Counted from the first letter of the whole stretch, positions 46,037-58,762 are shown. The stretch is DNA of 63,742 nt, filler included, from Stramenopiles sp. TOSAG23-2 (GCA_900128395.1; 25 parts of 25 records of this genome joined end to end with filler, not necessarily neighbours in it), one strand, 5' to 3'. The notes: a model not told the origin generated them from the sequence alone. Made by a program: numbers and translations.

Positions 46037-48482
46037 ATAATATGTTATTTGACCAATATACGGCCAAAAAAGTCCTCTCTCAGAAAAACCGGGTCATATG
46101 TGTTTTTCTCTTACTCATATATATATATGCATATATATATATAATATATTTAGACTATGATACTTTTATTTCATCATAAATTAATATCTCGAGGAGTATT
46201 GTCCTGCATGAAACTAGTAAATGATAATGGGTCTTTAACTTTAGATTTCATTTGCAATACGATATCTCTAGAAGCCCCATGCTGCGCATATGTACTGCAA
46301 AGCGAACCATAAGAAATACAGAATCATGTGTTAGTAAGGATATAATACTGACTGTAGTTCCCGGGGAATAAAATGTTACTTTACCTTGCAGTATAACCAT
46401 CTTCATCTTTTAAACTCAAACTTTTTGCAGTCATATTGGATGCCAATAAAAGCATGATTTCTCGATAACGAAAGTAGCTACAACACATCATTGGAGTTAC
46501 ACCACGTTTCGATTGAATCGATGTCATTTCGTATATGCTAATTCCTTTTTTGGAAAAATGTGAATTTTTAGTTTCTCTATTATTCTTACATTCATCGTTA
46601 CATTGTTTCAACAAAGCCTGTACAATATTTATATTCCCACGGTATGCTGCTGCATGTAACGGAGTTATACCATGACAATCTTTAGCTATAACATTTGCCC
46701 CGCCTATATTAATTAGATGATCTACTGTTGATAGATGATTTTCATAACATGCCAAGTGTAATGCTGTACTTTGATCTTGCTGTTCCACGTTTTGCATGTC
46801 TACCTCTAAAAATAGATTGTAATTTAATTGCTGCTGCATTTTCAAGTTTTTCTTGATCTCGTCTAGCAATTTCAGCTCTTCGCTTTCGCTTTAATTCTAA
46901 CTTTTCTTCTTTTGTCAGTGATTGAGATGTAACTAAATCTTTATTCGACTTTTTAATTTGTGCTGCAAGTGCTGTTAACGATACACCGGACATGACAAAT
47001 TGATAATATTTAATAATAATAACATATATATATATTATATATATATATAACAAATGATTATATATTACAGTATAATACTATGAATATATGTCTGCACAGT
47101 ATGTCTATTCTTTTCTAGTTGCGAATAAACTAATAATATTCATTGGCTTGTAAATGTGGATCATGTAATGTGTGATGTGTGTGTATAACACAAATATGTG
47201 TTTATATAAATGTTACGGTTGTTTTTTATATCAATATTATTACAAATTATATGCATACTAGTATGCATATAATTTGTAATAATATTGATATAAAAAACAA
47301 CCGTAACATTTATATAAACACATATTTGTGTTATACACACACATCACACATTACATGATCCACATTTACAAGCCAATGAATATTATTAGTTTATTCGCAA
47401 CTAGAAAAGAATAGACATACTGTGCAGACATATATTCATAGTATTATACTGTAATATATAATCATTTGTTATATATATATATAATATATATATATGTTAT
47501 TATTATTAAATATTATCAATTTGTCATGTCCGGTGTATCGTTAACAGCACTTGCAGCACAAATTAAAAAGTCGAATAAAGATTTAGTTACATCTCAATCA
47601 CTGACAAAAGAAGAAAAGTTAGAATTAAAGCGAAAGCGAAGAGCTGAAATTGCTAGACGAGATCAAGAAAAACTTGAAAATGCAGCAGCAATTAAATTAC
47701 AATCTATTTTTAGAGGTAGACATGCAAAACGTGGAACAGCAAGATCAAAGTACAGCATTACACTTGGCATGTTATGAAAATCATCTATCAACAGTAGATC
47801 ATCTAATTAATATAGGCGGGGCAAATGTTATAGCTAAAGATTGTCATGGTATAACTCCGTTACATGCAGCAGCATACCGTGGGAATATAAATATTGTACA
47901 GGCTTTGTTGAAACAATGTAACGATGAATGTAAGAATAATAGAGAAACTAAAAATTCACATTTTTCCAAAAAAGGAATTAGCATATACGAAATGACATCG
48001 ATTCAATCGAAACGTGGTGTAACTCCAATGATGTGTTGTAGCTACTTTCGTTATCGAGAAATCATGCTTTTATTGGCATCCAATATGACTGCAAAAAGTT
48101 TGAGTTTAAAAGATGAAGATGGTTATACTGCAAGGTAAAGTAACATTTTATTCCCCGGGAACTACAGTCAGTATTATATCCTTACTAACACATGATTCTG
48201 TATTTCTTATGGTTCGCTTTGCAGTACATATGCGCAGCATGGGGCTTCTAGAGATATCGTATTGCAAATGAAATCTAAAGTTAAAGACCCATTATCATTT
48301 ACTAGTTTCATGCAGGACAATACTCCTCGAGATATTAATTTATGATGAAATAAAAGTATCATAGTCTAAATATATTATATATATATATGCATATATATAT
48401 ATGAGTAAGAGAAAAACACATATGACCCGGTTTTTCTGAGAGAGGACTTTTTTGGCCGTATATTGGTCAAATAACATATTAT
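46037..48482. repeat. Whole-contig perfect palindrome, zero spacer, centre 47259/47260
   Basis: The centre reads ATGCATACT|AGTATGCAT. Contig ends are reverse complements, and the ORF track shows identical ORF pairs on both strands. Confidence 0.97.
47527..48138 (+). pseudogene. IQ-motif plus ankyrin-repeat gene with a frame disruption (mirror copy at 46381-46992, minus strand)
   Basis: IQ AAIKLQSIFRGRHAK is in one frame; ankyrins STALHLAC, GITPLHAAAYRG and GVTPMM are in another, switching near 47730. A GTAAAG donor-like site follows at the end. Confidence 0.55.
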
Positions 48483-48897
48483 NNNNNNNNNNNNNNNNNN
48501 NNNNNNNNNNNNNNNNNNNNNNNNNNTTAATTAATTAANNNNNNNNNNNNNNNNNNNNNNNNNNNNNNNNNNNNNNNNNNNNGTTTTTAGTGCTATATAG
48601 TGCTAAATTTTCCGTAAGTAATTAATGGACAGACTGGATGCCAGGCATGTTCATCGAAAAGTGAAAAGTATTCATACAATTATAATCACTCTGCTGTATA
48701 TATATATATATATATTTAAATTTAGTGTATTACTTCTGTAGTTTATTAGACTAATATTAATATCATTTAAAATAAAAAATATAAAGACTTTTACAACATA
48801 AAAAATATAGCATATTATATAATATATAACAGCGTATTCATTGGCATCGTTTTAATCGAAATTACTGCAACAGCACTCTAAACGTAATAATTGCAAT

Positions 48898-49908
48898 ATG
48901 GCAGCAAAACAAACATTAATCAGTTTTATCTATGTTTTATTGTCTCTGTGGACATTTTCTTCAACAGCATCAGTATCCTGGCCTTCTTCAAAGAAATCTG
49001 CATATTCACTTGTTGATCCTGTTTTCACTGGATATAACGCGAAAGACTATTCAATTAATCTAGATATCATTCCAGAATATGCACAATTATCCTCGGCAAA
49101 TGGTGTAGACGTCATTTTACTTGGTGGTTCAACAGCCGAATGGCCAAGTTTGACCTCAGAAGAGCGTTTAAGCTTGTTGAAAGCGTGGCGTTCTGCTGTT
49201 GATAACTTAGATCATGTTGCAGTTAAACCCCAAATTTTATTTCATGCGGGAGATATATCAATCACTAAAGCCCAAGTATTGGCTTCTCAAGCGAAAGAGT
49301 ATGGAGCCGATGCAATATTGATAGTATCACCATGTATCATGAAACCAAAGACATTGGATGAATTAGTCCAAACTATTAAAGTGATAGCAGCAGAAACGAG
49401 TTTACCGGCAGTCTATTATCATTATCCAGCACTGTACAACGTAAATTTTCCAATGGATCAATTTTTAGACAAAGCAATGAATGAGATACCAACGTTAGCC
49501 GGCGTCAAGTTTATCGATTCGAACATGAAAATTTTAACAAATGCAACTGGCATTGAAAATGGTACCTTTACCTTGTTTAACAATGATCCTTTATTAGCTG
49601 GCATGGTAGCCGGCAGCAAAGGTGCAATTTCTTATACAACTTTATTTCCTATGGTAAAAAATATGCATGTTGCATACGAAAGTGGAGATATGGATACTGC
49701 TCGCGACATTCAACGTCGTCTTTTGGAATATGATGAAATTATTGGACAATATGGTAGTAAAAGTGCAGCAAGAAATTTACCTTTGATTTTCAAAAATATT
49801 GACCTCGGTCCACCAAGACCACCATTGCTACCACAAACGAAAAGTGAATTTAATGAGTTTAAACAAGCATTAGTAAATGCAGGATTTTTACCAAGAAGCG
49901 AGTTGTAA
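48898..49908 (+). CDS. N-acetylneuraminate lyase / DHDPS-family class I aldolase with predicted signal peptide
   Basis: GGSTAEWPSLTSEER, GADAI, YYHYPAL (catalytic Tyr), GVKFID (Schiff-base Lys), LGPPRPPL. Hydrophobic N-terminus MAAKQTLISFIYVLLSLWTFSSTAS. Confidence 0.85.
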   Translation: MAAKQTLISFIYVLLSLWTFSSTASVSWPSSKKSAYSLVDPVFTGYNAKDYSINLDIIPEYAQLSSANGVDVILLGGSTAEWPSLTSEERLSLLKAWRSAVDNLDHVAVKPQILFHAGDISITKAQVLASQAKEYGADAILIVSPCIMKPKTLDELVQTIKVIAAETSLPAVYYHYPALYNVNFPMDQFLDKAMNEIPTLAGVKFIDSNMKILTNATGIENGTFTLFNNDPLLAGMVAGSKGAISYTTLFPMVKNMHVAYESGDMDTARDIQRRLLEYDEIIGQYGSKSAARNLPLIFKNIDLGPPRPPLLPQTKSEFNEFKQALVNAGFLPRSEL

Positions 49909-49929
49909 CATAATTAATGTTTTTCATAA

Positions 49930-50415
49930 GTGTGAGATAGATTATTTTCAATTATTGTACTCGTATTCTTTTGAAGAGTAGGAAATTATTACATGAGTAA
50001 ATTAAAATATAACTTATGCGTAAACTTAAATTATATATAAATTGCTTCTCTATATTATATAGTACTTCGTATTTCATCATTTCTAGTGTTTTACGAATAC
50101 GAAAATATATATATGTACCCTGGTACAAAATTTATTCTCCGCCTTCCTATGATGCCCATTTTCCATCAGCTATTATGAGTAGTTNNNNNNNNNNNNNNNN
50201 NNNNNNNNNNNNNNNNNNNNNNNNNNNNNNNNNNNNNNNNNNNNNNNNNNNNNNNNNNNNNNNNNNNNNNNNNNNNNNNNNNNNNNNNNNNNNNNNNNNN
50301 NNNNNNNNNNNNNNNNNNNNNNNNNNNNNNNNNNNNNNNNNTATTCTTTTGAAGAGTAGGAATTATCATATGAGTAAATTAAAACAATAAATTAATGCGT
50401 AAATTAATTATATTA
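49930..50415 (+). repeat. Dispersed repeat module B (TATTCTTTTGAAGAGTAGGAATTATCATGAGTAAATTAAAA)
   Basis: Two copies here. Others at about 42110-42180 (+), 29210-29270 (+), 28825-28930 (-) and 56405-56530 (-). Confidence 0.85.
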
Positions 50416-51169
50416 TACGAACGTATATATTTATGCGAGTAAATAAAATCTCTTTTAAATAAAAAAATTATAAAATATTAATATGAGAGAATTATTATAA
50501 CTCATAGTGCGGATATCACTTTTAGCAGGTAAATATGCCCTAGTAGTGTCTAGTACACAGCAAAAATCATATATAGGAAAAACGAGGTGGCACGTGAAAA
50601 AAAACGGGTGCCACAAAATTTTAATTATAATTAGTTTTATTTTTTATCAATTTTTGCCGAAATGAATTTCGGCACAAAAAATAATTTTGCGTGCCATGAC
50701 TTTACTCGTTCGTAAAACATTTTGTATTTATTTTTTTTCCTCTGGGATTTTCTGTAGAATTTGCTTTATTCGATTCTATTAACAAAGTGGACTTTGTTAA
50801 TATCATTTTGTATGTCAAATGTCCGCTTTGAACGGAGTGTATGAGTGTATTTTTTTCGGACGTGCCGAAATCAATTTCGGCACGAACAAAATTCGACAAT
50901 TATTAAAAATACAAGGGGATTATTATAGGAAATTCTGTAGTAATATTGACGAAAACAATCGTTAGAAAAAAAAAATAAAAATTTAACGATATTTGGATAA
51001 ATAGGGTTAATTTATACTAAAAGAAATNNNNNNNNNNNNNNNNNNNNNNNNNNNNNNNNNNNNNNNNNNNNTTAATTAATTAANNNNNNNNNNNNNNNNN
51101 NNNNNNNNNNNNNNNNNNNNNNNNNNNGTTGTAAAAACCTCATTAAATAATAATAATAATAAAAAAAAG

Positions 51170-53572
51170 ATGAAAAGAAGTAAACCCAAATATTATGAAC
51201 TTGGAGAATTTATATTCAAAAAGCCATTATTTTCAAGTGATATTATTAGTAATAGTACGAAAATAAAGAAAGAAGACGCTGAGTCGGGAAGAATTTTTAA
51301 ATTTAATATTGATGAAGATGATATTGATACAAATCCACGAGTGGATCGCGATGGTTGTAAATCTTCTGCTGCAATGGAAGAAACAATGATAATACAAACT
51401 GAATATAAAGAACCAACATTTTTTAGTACCGTTAACGATGAAAAGGATATATATAAATATGCAATAGATTTTATTTCAGATGATAACGTATCAAATTTAG
51501 CTTTTCTATTAGAACACAGTTCCAGTATTACGAATTTAGACAATGTCATCGATGAAAAAAATACAACATTGCTGACATTGGCTATTTGTAAAAATTCATA
51601 TAAATCAGTATCGTTATTGTTAAGTTATGGTGCTGGAAATGATAAAGCATTTGGTGCCAAAGCAAAGGCAAATGAGTTACCTTTACATCTATGTTGTGAC
51701 TTGGGAAACCCAATCATGTTAAATGAAATATTGAAATATAAGCATATATATATAAATAGAAAAGATTGTGATGGAAACACTCCTCTCCATCATGCGGTGA
51801 TGAAAGATAGATATGGATGTGTGCTTAAATTGTATAACCATGGAGCCCGCTTTCTGTTTAATAAAATGGGATATACTCCCTTACATCTTGCGTCAAAGAG
51901 TAATTCCATTCAATGTTTTAAAATTTTACTAAATCGTTCCTCAACTTCCATCGATCGTACCAATAGCCGTAATGAAACTCCACTATTTATTGCATGTAAA
52001 TATAATAGTGTAGCAGTTGCATCGATGTTATTAAAAGAAGGGGCAAATATGCAGATTTTCAATAGCGAGTTTAAAACGCCATTGTATGTTGCAATTGAAC
52101 ATGGCTTCAAAGACATTGTTGAATTATTATTAGTACGCGGTGTATTAAAACAACAAAATGCAATGTTTGACCATCAAGCTAATAGAATTAACAATAACAA
52201 TACATGGTTGAAACGAAGCAATATTATGGTAAGTGCGTCAAAAATTAAGAGACGTTTGCCTTTGTATATAGCTGCGAGGAATGGAGAATTGGCAATTTTG
52301 AAATTGTTACTGGAATACAATTTAGATGTCAATAAGATGGATGCTATACGTTGTGAAACTGCATTGTTTGCTATATGTAAATATTTATTGTATAAAGATG
52401 ATGAAAAATATATAAATCGTGTAAAACAATGCTTTCTTTACCTTATCAATTATGGAGCAGATATTAATCTTAAATGTGGATTGAAAAATAAACTAACTCC
52501 ATTGATTTGTTTGCTCATACAAGGTAAAATTGGTATACCATTTGCCTCGATATTAATTAAATACAATGTTGATCTTAATGTTCAAATCAATAATATGAAT
52601 CCTATTTCATATTTAGTAAAATTAGCTGAGATGGCTTGTGAGAATAATAGAAAGAATATATTATATGGAATTTTATTTTTAATTGAAAATGGAGTTGAAT
52701 TGCCAGAAGAAGAACATCATAATCAACGAAACAATGATGATGATCAAAGAATATTCATAAAAGAATCTATTTCTTCAAGAATATTTAATTTGTGTTTTGA
52801 GAATAATCCAAACATTAATAAAATGGATGATAATAATAAAGTACATGACGAAAATACTATACAAAATTGTATGTACAAATTACTTGGTGATGAAGAGTGT
52901 AACCATTTTGATGTTGTATTCCATATCAATGGTGGCAATCAAACTTATATTTATGCTCATGAATTTTTATTATCATTCAGATTAGATTTTTTCAAGACAT
53001 ATTTTCAAACAGCTACATTAAATGATGATGATAATATAATCATCATTGACGAAAATAAGTTTAAAATTATACATGGATTCGAATGGATAAATGATGAGGC
53101 CTGTTTACGTTACTTTTTAGAATTTATTTATACATTTAATATATCATGGCAGACAAAAGAAAGGTTTGAGGTGCAAACCGTTGTTGATTTGATTATATTA
53201 GCAGAACATACAAATTTTCAAACACTAGTGGAATATTGTTTTGAAAAATTAACTGAAATCTTCGTTGATGCCGCGGATTTTGATGAAAAATATGCAAAAA
53301 CAATGTATGATTCACTATTAGAATATGGAGAAAATAGTAATTTTATGCGTTTAATAGTATTTTTAAAACAAAATATTAAAGAAGTAGTATTTGTTGCAGA
53401 TAAAACATCATCAATTCTTACTGCTGCTGGTGGAGCAATTGAGGGAGGGGAAGATGTAACGAAGAAGAGGAAAAAGAAGAAAAAATCGTTAAACATGCCT
53501 TCAAAGGTTATTTTATCCAAATTAGATTTAGCATTATCAAAACTAGATTGTAAATCGAAATTAAGAGACCAT
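51170..53572 (+). CDS. Ankyrin-repeat and BTB/POZ domain protein, 3'-truncated
   Basis: GNTPLHHAV, GYTPLHLAS, ETPLFIAC, KTPLYVAI; BTB FDVVFHI..IYAHEFLLSFRLDFFK..FLEFIY. Confidence 0.88.
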
Positions 53573-54222
53573 NNNNNNNNNNNNNNNNNNNNNNNNNNNN
53601 NNNNNNNNNNNNNNNNTTAATTAATTAANNNNNNNNNNNNNNNNNNNNNNNNNNNNNNNNNNNNNNNNNNNNAAAACAACCACCAGCCAGATTGAATGAT
53701 TTTATCTATAATCTATATGTATTATAATCTCAGAAATGAAAATTTTTAAAATATTTTTATTGAAATTAATTGTATTATTTGGAGAGATATTAAAATCATT
53801 AATGTATCATATTGTGATATGTATGCATAACTGTTTGATTTTAACCCAATCCGATTAATATTATGATACAAGATGATATTGTACACTATTATACTGATAT
53901 GCGTAATACTTCGTAAAATATTAATATATTGTAATATTCATATTATTTACTTCGGTACGTTTTTGGGTTAAAAATAAAATATACGCGGAATCCGTAAAAA
54001 AATTCCGTATGAAAATACATTTTTTACGAAACTATTTTTTTTATACCAATCGCCCACCACAGTTTCCACACAGAAAGTCTGTCTCAATCCAGGAGGTATC
54101 TCAACACTATCATACAATGTTTGCACATGCATCAGTTGTTTATTATCATCAGAAAAGGTATCGTTCATCGTTTTTAATTGATCTTCATCATCTTTGACCG
54201 CATCAGGTGAATCATCACCTCC

Positions 54223-56117
54223 TCAATCCACTATCCCATATTTTTCTTTAAACTTATTTTGATATACAATTTTTTCCCCTTTTTTTCTTGGTGTCCCTGC
54301 AAAATTTTTTGTCTCCACTGTCAAATGGTCATGACTTATATCTAATATTTCATTAATTGGTTCATATCGAAAATCTTTTTTTTTATTTAATGGTGCTATA
54401 AATTTCCAATTTTCATTGCTACCAATTTCTTTTTTTATTACACTTTTTGTTGTTCGTTTCTCTTCCATTTGTTTTTCTAATTTCATTTGACTTGCAACAA
54501 ATCGACGATGTAATCTATAAATACGTTGTATTACATATGCTGCCATTTTTTCAGCTCGTTTTTCCTCTGTTTCTCGCGTCTCCATAAAACTAAATTCTTT
54601 CAACAAGTCAACTATACTTTTCCATTTATCTACACCTTCCACACAACTTTTATATTTTGCAATATCTAATGGTGTTTGTTTGCCTTTAATAATAAGATCA
54701 GGTTGATTTAAATCTGCACCTACGGTTGATAAAGCTAATAATGCTTCATAATTATGATTATTAACAGCGACATGTGCTGGGGACCAACCATCATCATCTG
54801 GGCGATTTAAATCAACATATTCATCACCAGTTAATTTTGATAATTTATATATTAAATCAGCATCACCATCTTCACATGCTATATGTGCATAATTCCATCC
54901 ATTTGCACCCATTTCTCGTAATGTCCGTGCTATCTGAAAATGACCTTCTTGCATTGCAATCGTTAATGCGGTATCGCCATATAACGTTGCTTGATGTACA
55001 TTTGCTCCATTATCAATTAATGCTTTGATACAATCATAATGTCCATGTTGTGCAGCAATCCATATTGGTGATACACCATCTTGGCGAGTTAAATTTACAT
55101 CGGCATGTTTTACATGAATTAACTCTAATATCTTTTTACTATCGCCTTTCTCGCATGCTTTTCTCATTTGTACATACACAGGCGTTGCTACGGCACCATA
55201 TGCTTGTAATATTTTAACAACACCTTTACGTATTTCTGCTTCATTGGTAAATAATAAATCTGCTGCCTTGTTTTCTGCAATAGCTAGTGCGGTGCGATGT
55301 CCAACTGTTGCTACATTTACATTTGCGCCATAATCGCATAATTTTCGTATGCATAGAATATGCCCCCCATATGCAGCTGCATGTACTGGGGACCAACCAT
55401 CATGCCGTTGGTGATTTACATCTGCACCCATGTCTAATAATTCTACTACTACTTTAAAATGACCATTTAATGCTGCAGCAAATAATGGAGATTCGCCTTC
55501 ATTTCCTTCACTATTTACATCAGCACCACCAAAATGTACCAATAAATGTACCATATGTTCCTGCCCAGTTTCCGCTGCAGCATATAATGGCGTTCTTCCT
55601 CTATGATCTGGCAAATCTATTTTCGCATCCAATTTTATAATTGCCTTTGCTGTTAATAAATGGCCTTTCTCCGCAGCTATGTATAATGGTGATTTTCCAT
55701 ATTCCCATGAATATTTACCCCTTATGCGTTGATTGATTTTCGCACCATAATGATACAAACAACGTACACTTTTTGTATGTCCTTCCATCGCTGCTAGATA
55801 CAATGGTGTTCTTCCATCTATTAGTCTAGGTTTATTGACGTCATGAAATAATGCTTCTTCCATATTGCTACGATGAACAATATGTCGTTTACGCGTTGTA
55901 TGTTTGACAGGCTTAATTTTACGTATATCTGATCCAATAAGCTTACGATATGGTGTTTCTTCTATTAAATTATGACGCTTTGCTATTGTCCAAACTGGCC
56001 ATATTTTATGTTTTTTTTCAAATATTTCTCTTTCCTTTAATTTTTCAGGATCATTAATATGATGACTAAAAAACATATCGTCAACATGTAAATCATAATT
56101 TACAATTTTACTTCTCG
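54223..56117 (-). CDS. Ankyrin-repeat protein with a C-terminal IQ-like motif, 5'-truncated
   Basis: GRTPLYLAAMEGH, GESPLFAAALNGH, GWSPVHAAAYGGH and more; AAYVIQRIYR. Confidence 0.88.
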
Positions 56118-56624
56118 NNNNNNNNNNNNNNNNNNNNNNNNNNNNNNNNNNNNNNNNNNNNTTAATTAATTAANNNNNNNNNNNNNNNNNNNNNNNNNNN
56201 NNNNNNNNNNNNNNNNNGCATATTACTTTAACACGATAAGTGTAAAATTATTATAACTTAGATTTTAACCATCCCTATATGTATATATATGATATATATA
56301 TGATATATATATATATAAATATGATAATATAAAAAATTCTCTTATTTCAAATATATCATATCAATATTATAGTACGATCGTAATATTGAATTCGTACGAA
56401 GTAATATTTTTAATTTTACTCACGCATGTGATAATTCTTATGATACTCTTCAAAAGAATACTTCGTACGAGTACAAAATATAACTTGAGGCAAAAAATAT
56501 CTATCTCACACTAAGGTGTGTTGATATTCTCATATATGAACATCATATCCTATACTCGTATAATATAATAAACTTTATTAAAATATCATCTATTTATCAT
56601 ACCTTCATTGGTATAGACACTATA

Positions 56625-58661
56625 TCATCTTTTTGCTTTTAATAATTGCTTAAAACTGTTTGCTAAATAATTTCGTTGCTCCATGTCTCGCGCTTCAATG
56701 TCCAGGTCTCGTCCTCCCCCTTTACCGATCAAAGTCATGTACAAATCAGCATTTTTCCCGACCCCATTTTTTTTCAAACCTTCAGATTTTAACCCAACAG
56801 ACACGGAAATTAAATCATCAAGGCGGATTGAGGATTCCAACTTTACCTTTGACTTACTTTTTCTTCCCTTTTGCCAATAGAGAACATTTCGTTTACGATC
56901 TAGCCATAACGTCCTATCCTGTGGCGCACTTTTACCAAATAACTTTCCAGAGGATGGAAATTTTCTGATTGCAATTCCTTCTTCTATTTCATCAAGAAAC
57001 CTATTAAATATAGATTCTTCGTTTTCATCCTCTGGCTCCTCATTCCCTTTGTTTTTTTTCATATGTTCAAGGAATAAAGCAGCAGGCCCTTTCCCTTTTG
57101 TATTATTATTATTTTTTGCATCTTGTTCATTTGAGCCATCACTATATTCTTCATCAGAGGAACCGCTATTTACTTCATCTGGTGAATTATAATCATCTGG
57201 TCGCTCCCACACTGTTTCCTCAGTATCCCAATTCCAATAATATTCTTTTCCCTTGTGATCCATTTTTTCCCACCCATGTTTCTCCTCCTCTTCGTCATCT
57301 GTTTCTTCTTCACCGCTATCCTCATCTTCGTCTTCGTCATCCTCATCTTCTTCTTCCTCATCATCGTCGTCGTCTTCGTCGTCGTGATTGTCATCATTAT
57401 CAGCATTCTTAGTATTTTGTTCTACCGTCGTCCTAACATCCTCCTCATCTTCGCTCTCATCATCGTCATAGTCTTCCTCATCTCTTTTTGGTGAAAATTT
57501 AGATTGTTTTTTCGTTTTTTGTGACAAATTTTCTCCAGTACCTTTTCGTGAAGTATCTTTACTGTTAGAAAAGCTAAATTCAGAATTACCTTCACCGAAA
57601 GCTCCACTCTCATCTAAATCATCGTCAGAGATTTTGAAAAATGAATCCATATCAGAAATAGCTTTTTTCTCTTTGTTATTACTGTTTGATATGGGATTAG
57701 TAGTTGACGACACCGATGACGGTTTTTTTTTCTTAACACTACTATCCCAATTACTAATGTCGCTGACATTACTATTGTTAACTTTAGATGATGTTTTAGG
57801 TGTTTTGTGTTCCATGGACGCATTTTTATTATTAGTCTTGTTGGCAGATACCGCATCTTCCTCGTCCTCGCTATCACGATCAAAATCATCATCATAAGGA
57901 TTCTCATCTGAGGAGCTTAAAATTTGGCTCTTCGTTAGTTGTGCGCTTCTATTTTGTAGCTTTTTCACCAAATCTTTTGCTTTTCCTAATGCATTTTGCG
58001 TCTTATCCAATTCCTGTTTGTTTATTTTGTCCTCAATCTCTAATTTTGATATTTTTTTCTTCTGGGCTTCAATATCCTTTAACAGAGCTTTTTCTTTTTC
58101 TTGTGACGACTTTTTCAATTTATCCAACGCGATTTTAACATCTTTTAAATCTCCTCTGACCAAATTCAATTCTATATCACTTCCACTTCTAGTTAAATCA
58201 TCTTTCAATTTTTCGCACTTTTCATGCAATTGATCTTTTTCCAATGTCATTTTTTGCAGCATCTCCTGGCTTTCGATATATGATGCCTTTACTGAATTGC
58301 ATTCCTCTGTGGAAGATTGGAGTTTTGCCTTCAAACTATCATTTTCCTCATTGGCTTGTTCATATCTCTGAGAAAACTTTTTAAGCTTTTCCTTAGCCGC
58401 GTTGTGCATTTCTTTTTCACTTTTCAATTGTACAGCTAACTTTTCGTGTTTTTCCCTACTACTTGCATCTTGCTCTTTTAAATTAGCTATTTCTGCATTA
58501 AGCTTTATTTCATTTTCATTTGTGTTTGTCTCATTATCCTTCAATTTCAACAAATACTCATTATTTTCTATTTTCAATTTTTCTAGAAGGCTTTCCAACC
58601 TATCTTTCTCTTCAAACGTACGATTAAGCTTCAATTCAATATTTTCTTTTTGGTCTTGCAC
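56625..58661 (-). CDS. Coiled-coil, acidic, WW and C-terminal PH-domain protein, 5'-truncated
   Basis: Long heptads; WW GWEKMDHKGKEYYWNWDTEETVWERP; PLC/Num1-type PH GIAIRKF..LYW..IRLDDLISVSVG..RDLDIEA. Confidence 0.82.
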   Translation of the reverse strand: MQDQKENIELKLNRTFEEKDRLESLLEKLKIENNEYLLKLKDNETNTNENEIKLNAEIANLKEQDASSREKHEKLAVQLKSEKEMHNAAKEKLKKFSQRYEQANEENDSLKAKLQSSTEECNSVKASYIESQEMLQKMTLEKDQLHEKCEKLKDDLTRSGSDIELNLVRGDLKDVKIALDKLKKSSQEKEKALLKDIEAQKKKISKLEIEDKINKQELDKTQNALGKAKDLVKKLQNRSAQLTKSQILSSSDENPYDDDFDRDSEDEEDAVSANKTNNKNASMEHKTPKTSSKVNNSNVSDISNWDSSVKKKKPSSVSSTTNPISNSNNKEKKAISDMDSFFKISDDDLDESGAFGEGNSEFSFSNSKDTSRKGTGENLSQKTKKQSKFSPKRDEEDYDDDESEDEEDVRTTVEQNTKNADNDDNHDDEDDDDDEEEEDEDDEDEDEDSGEEETDDEEEEKHGWEKMDHKGKEYYWNWDTEETVWERPDDYNSPDEVNSGSSDEEYSDGSNEQDAKNNNNTKGKGPAALFLEHMKKNKGNEEPEDENEESIFNRFLDEIEEGIAIRKFPSSGKLFGKSAPQDRTLWLDRKRNVLYWQKGRKSKSKVKLESSIRLDDLISVSVGLKSEGLKKNGVGKNADLYMTLIGKGGGRDLDIEARDMEQRNYLANSFKQLLKAKR

Positions 58662-58762
58662 NNNNNNNNNNNNNNNNNNNNNNNNNNNNNNNNNNNNNNN
58701 NNNNNTTAATTAATTAANNNNNNNNNNNNNNNNNNNNNNNNNNNNNNNNNNNNNNNNNNNNA

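Noticed and set aside
46381-48138. Two divergent identical ankyrin genes as a real duplication
   Set aside because: They are mirror images within a zero-spacer palindromic contig and are best treated as one locus.
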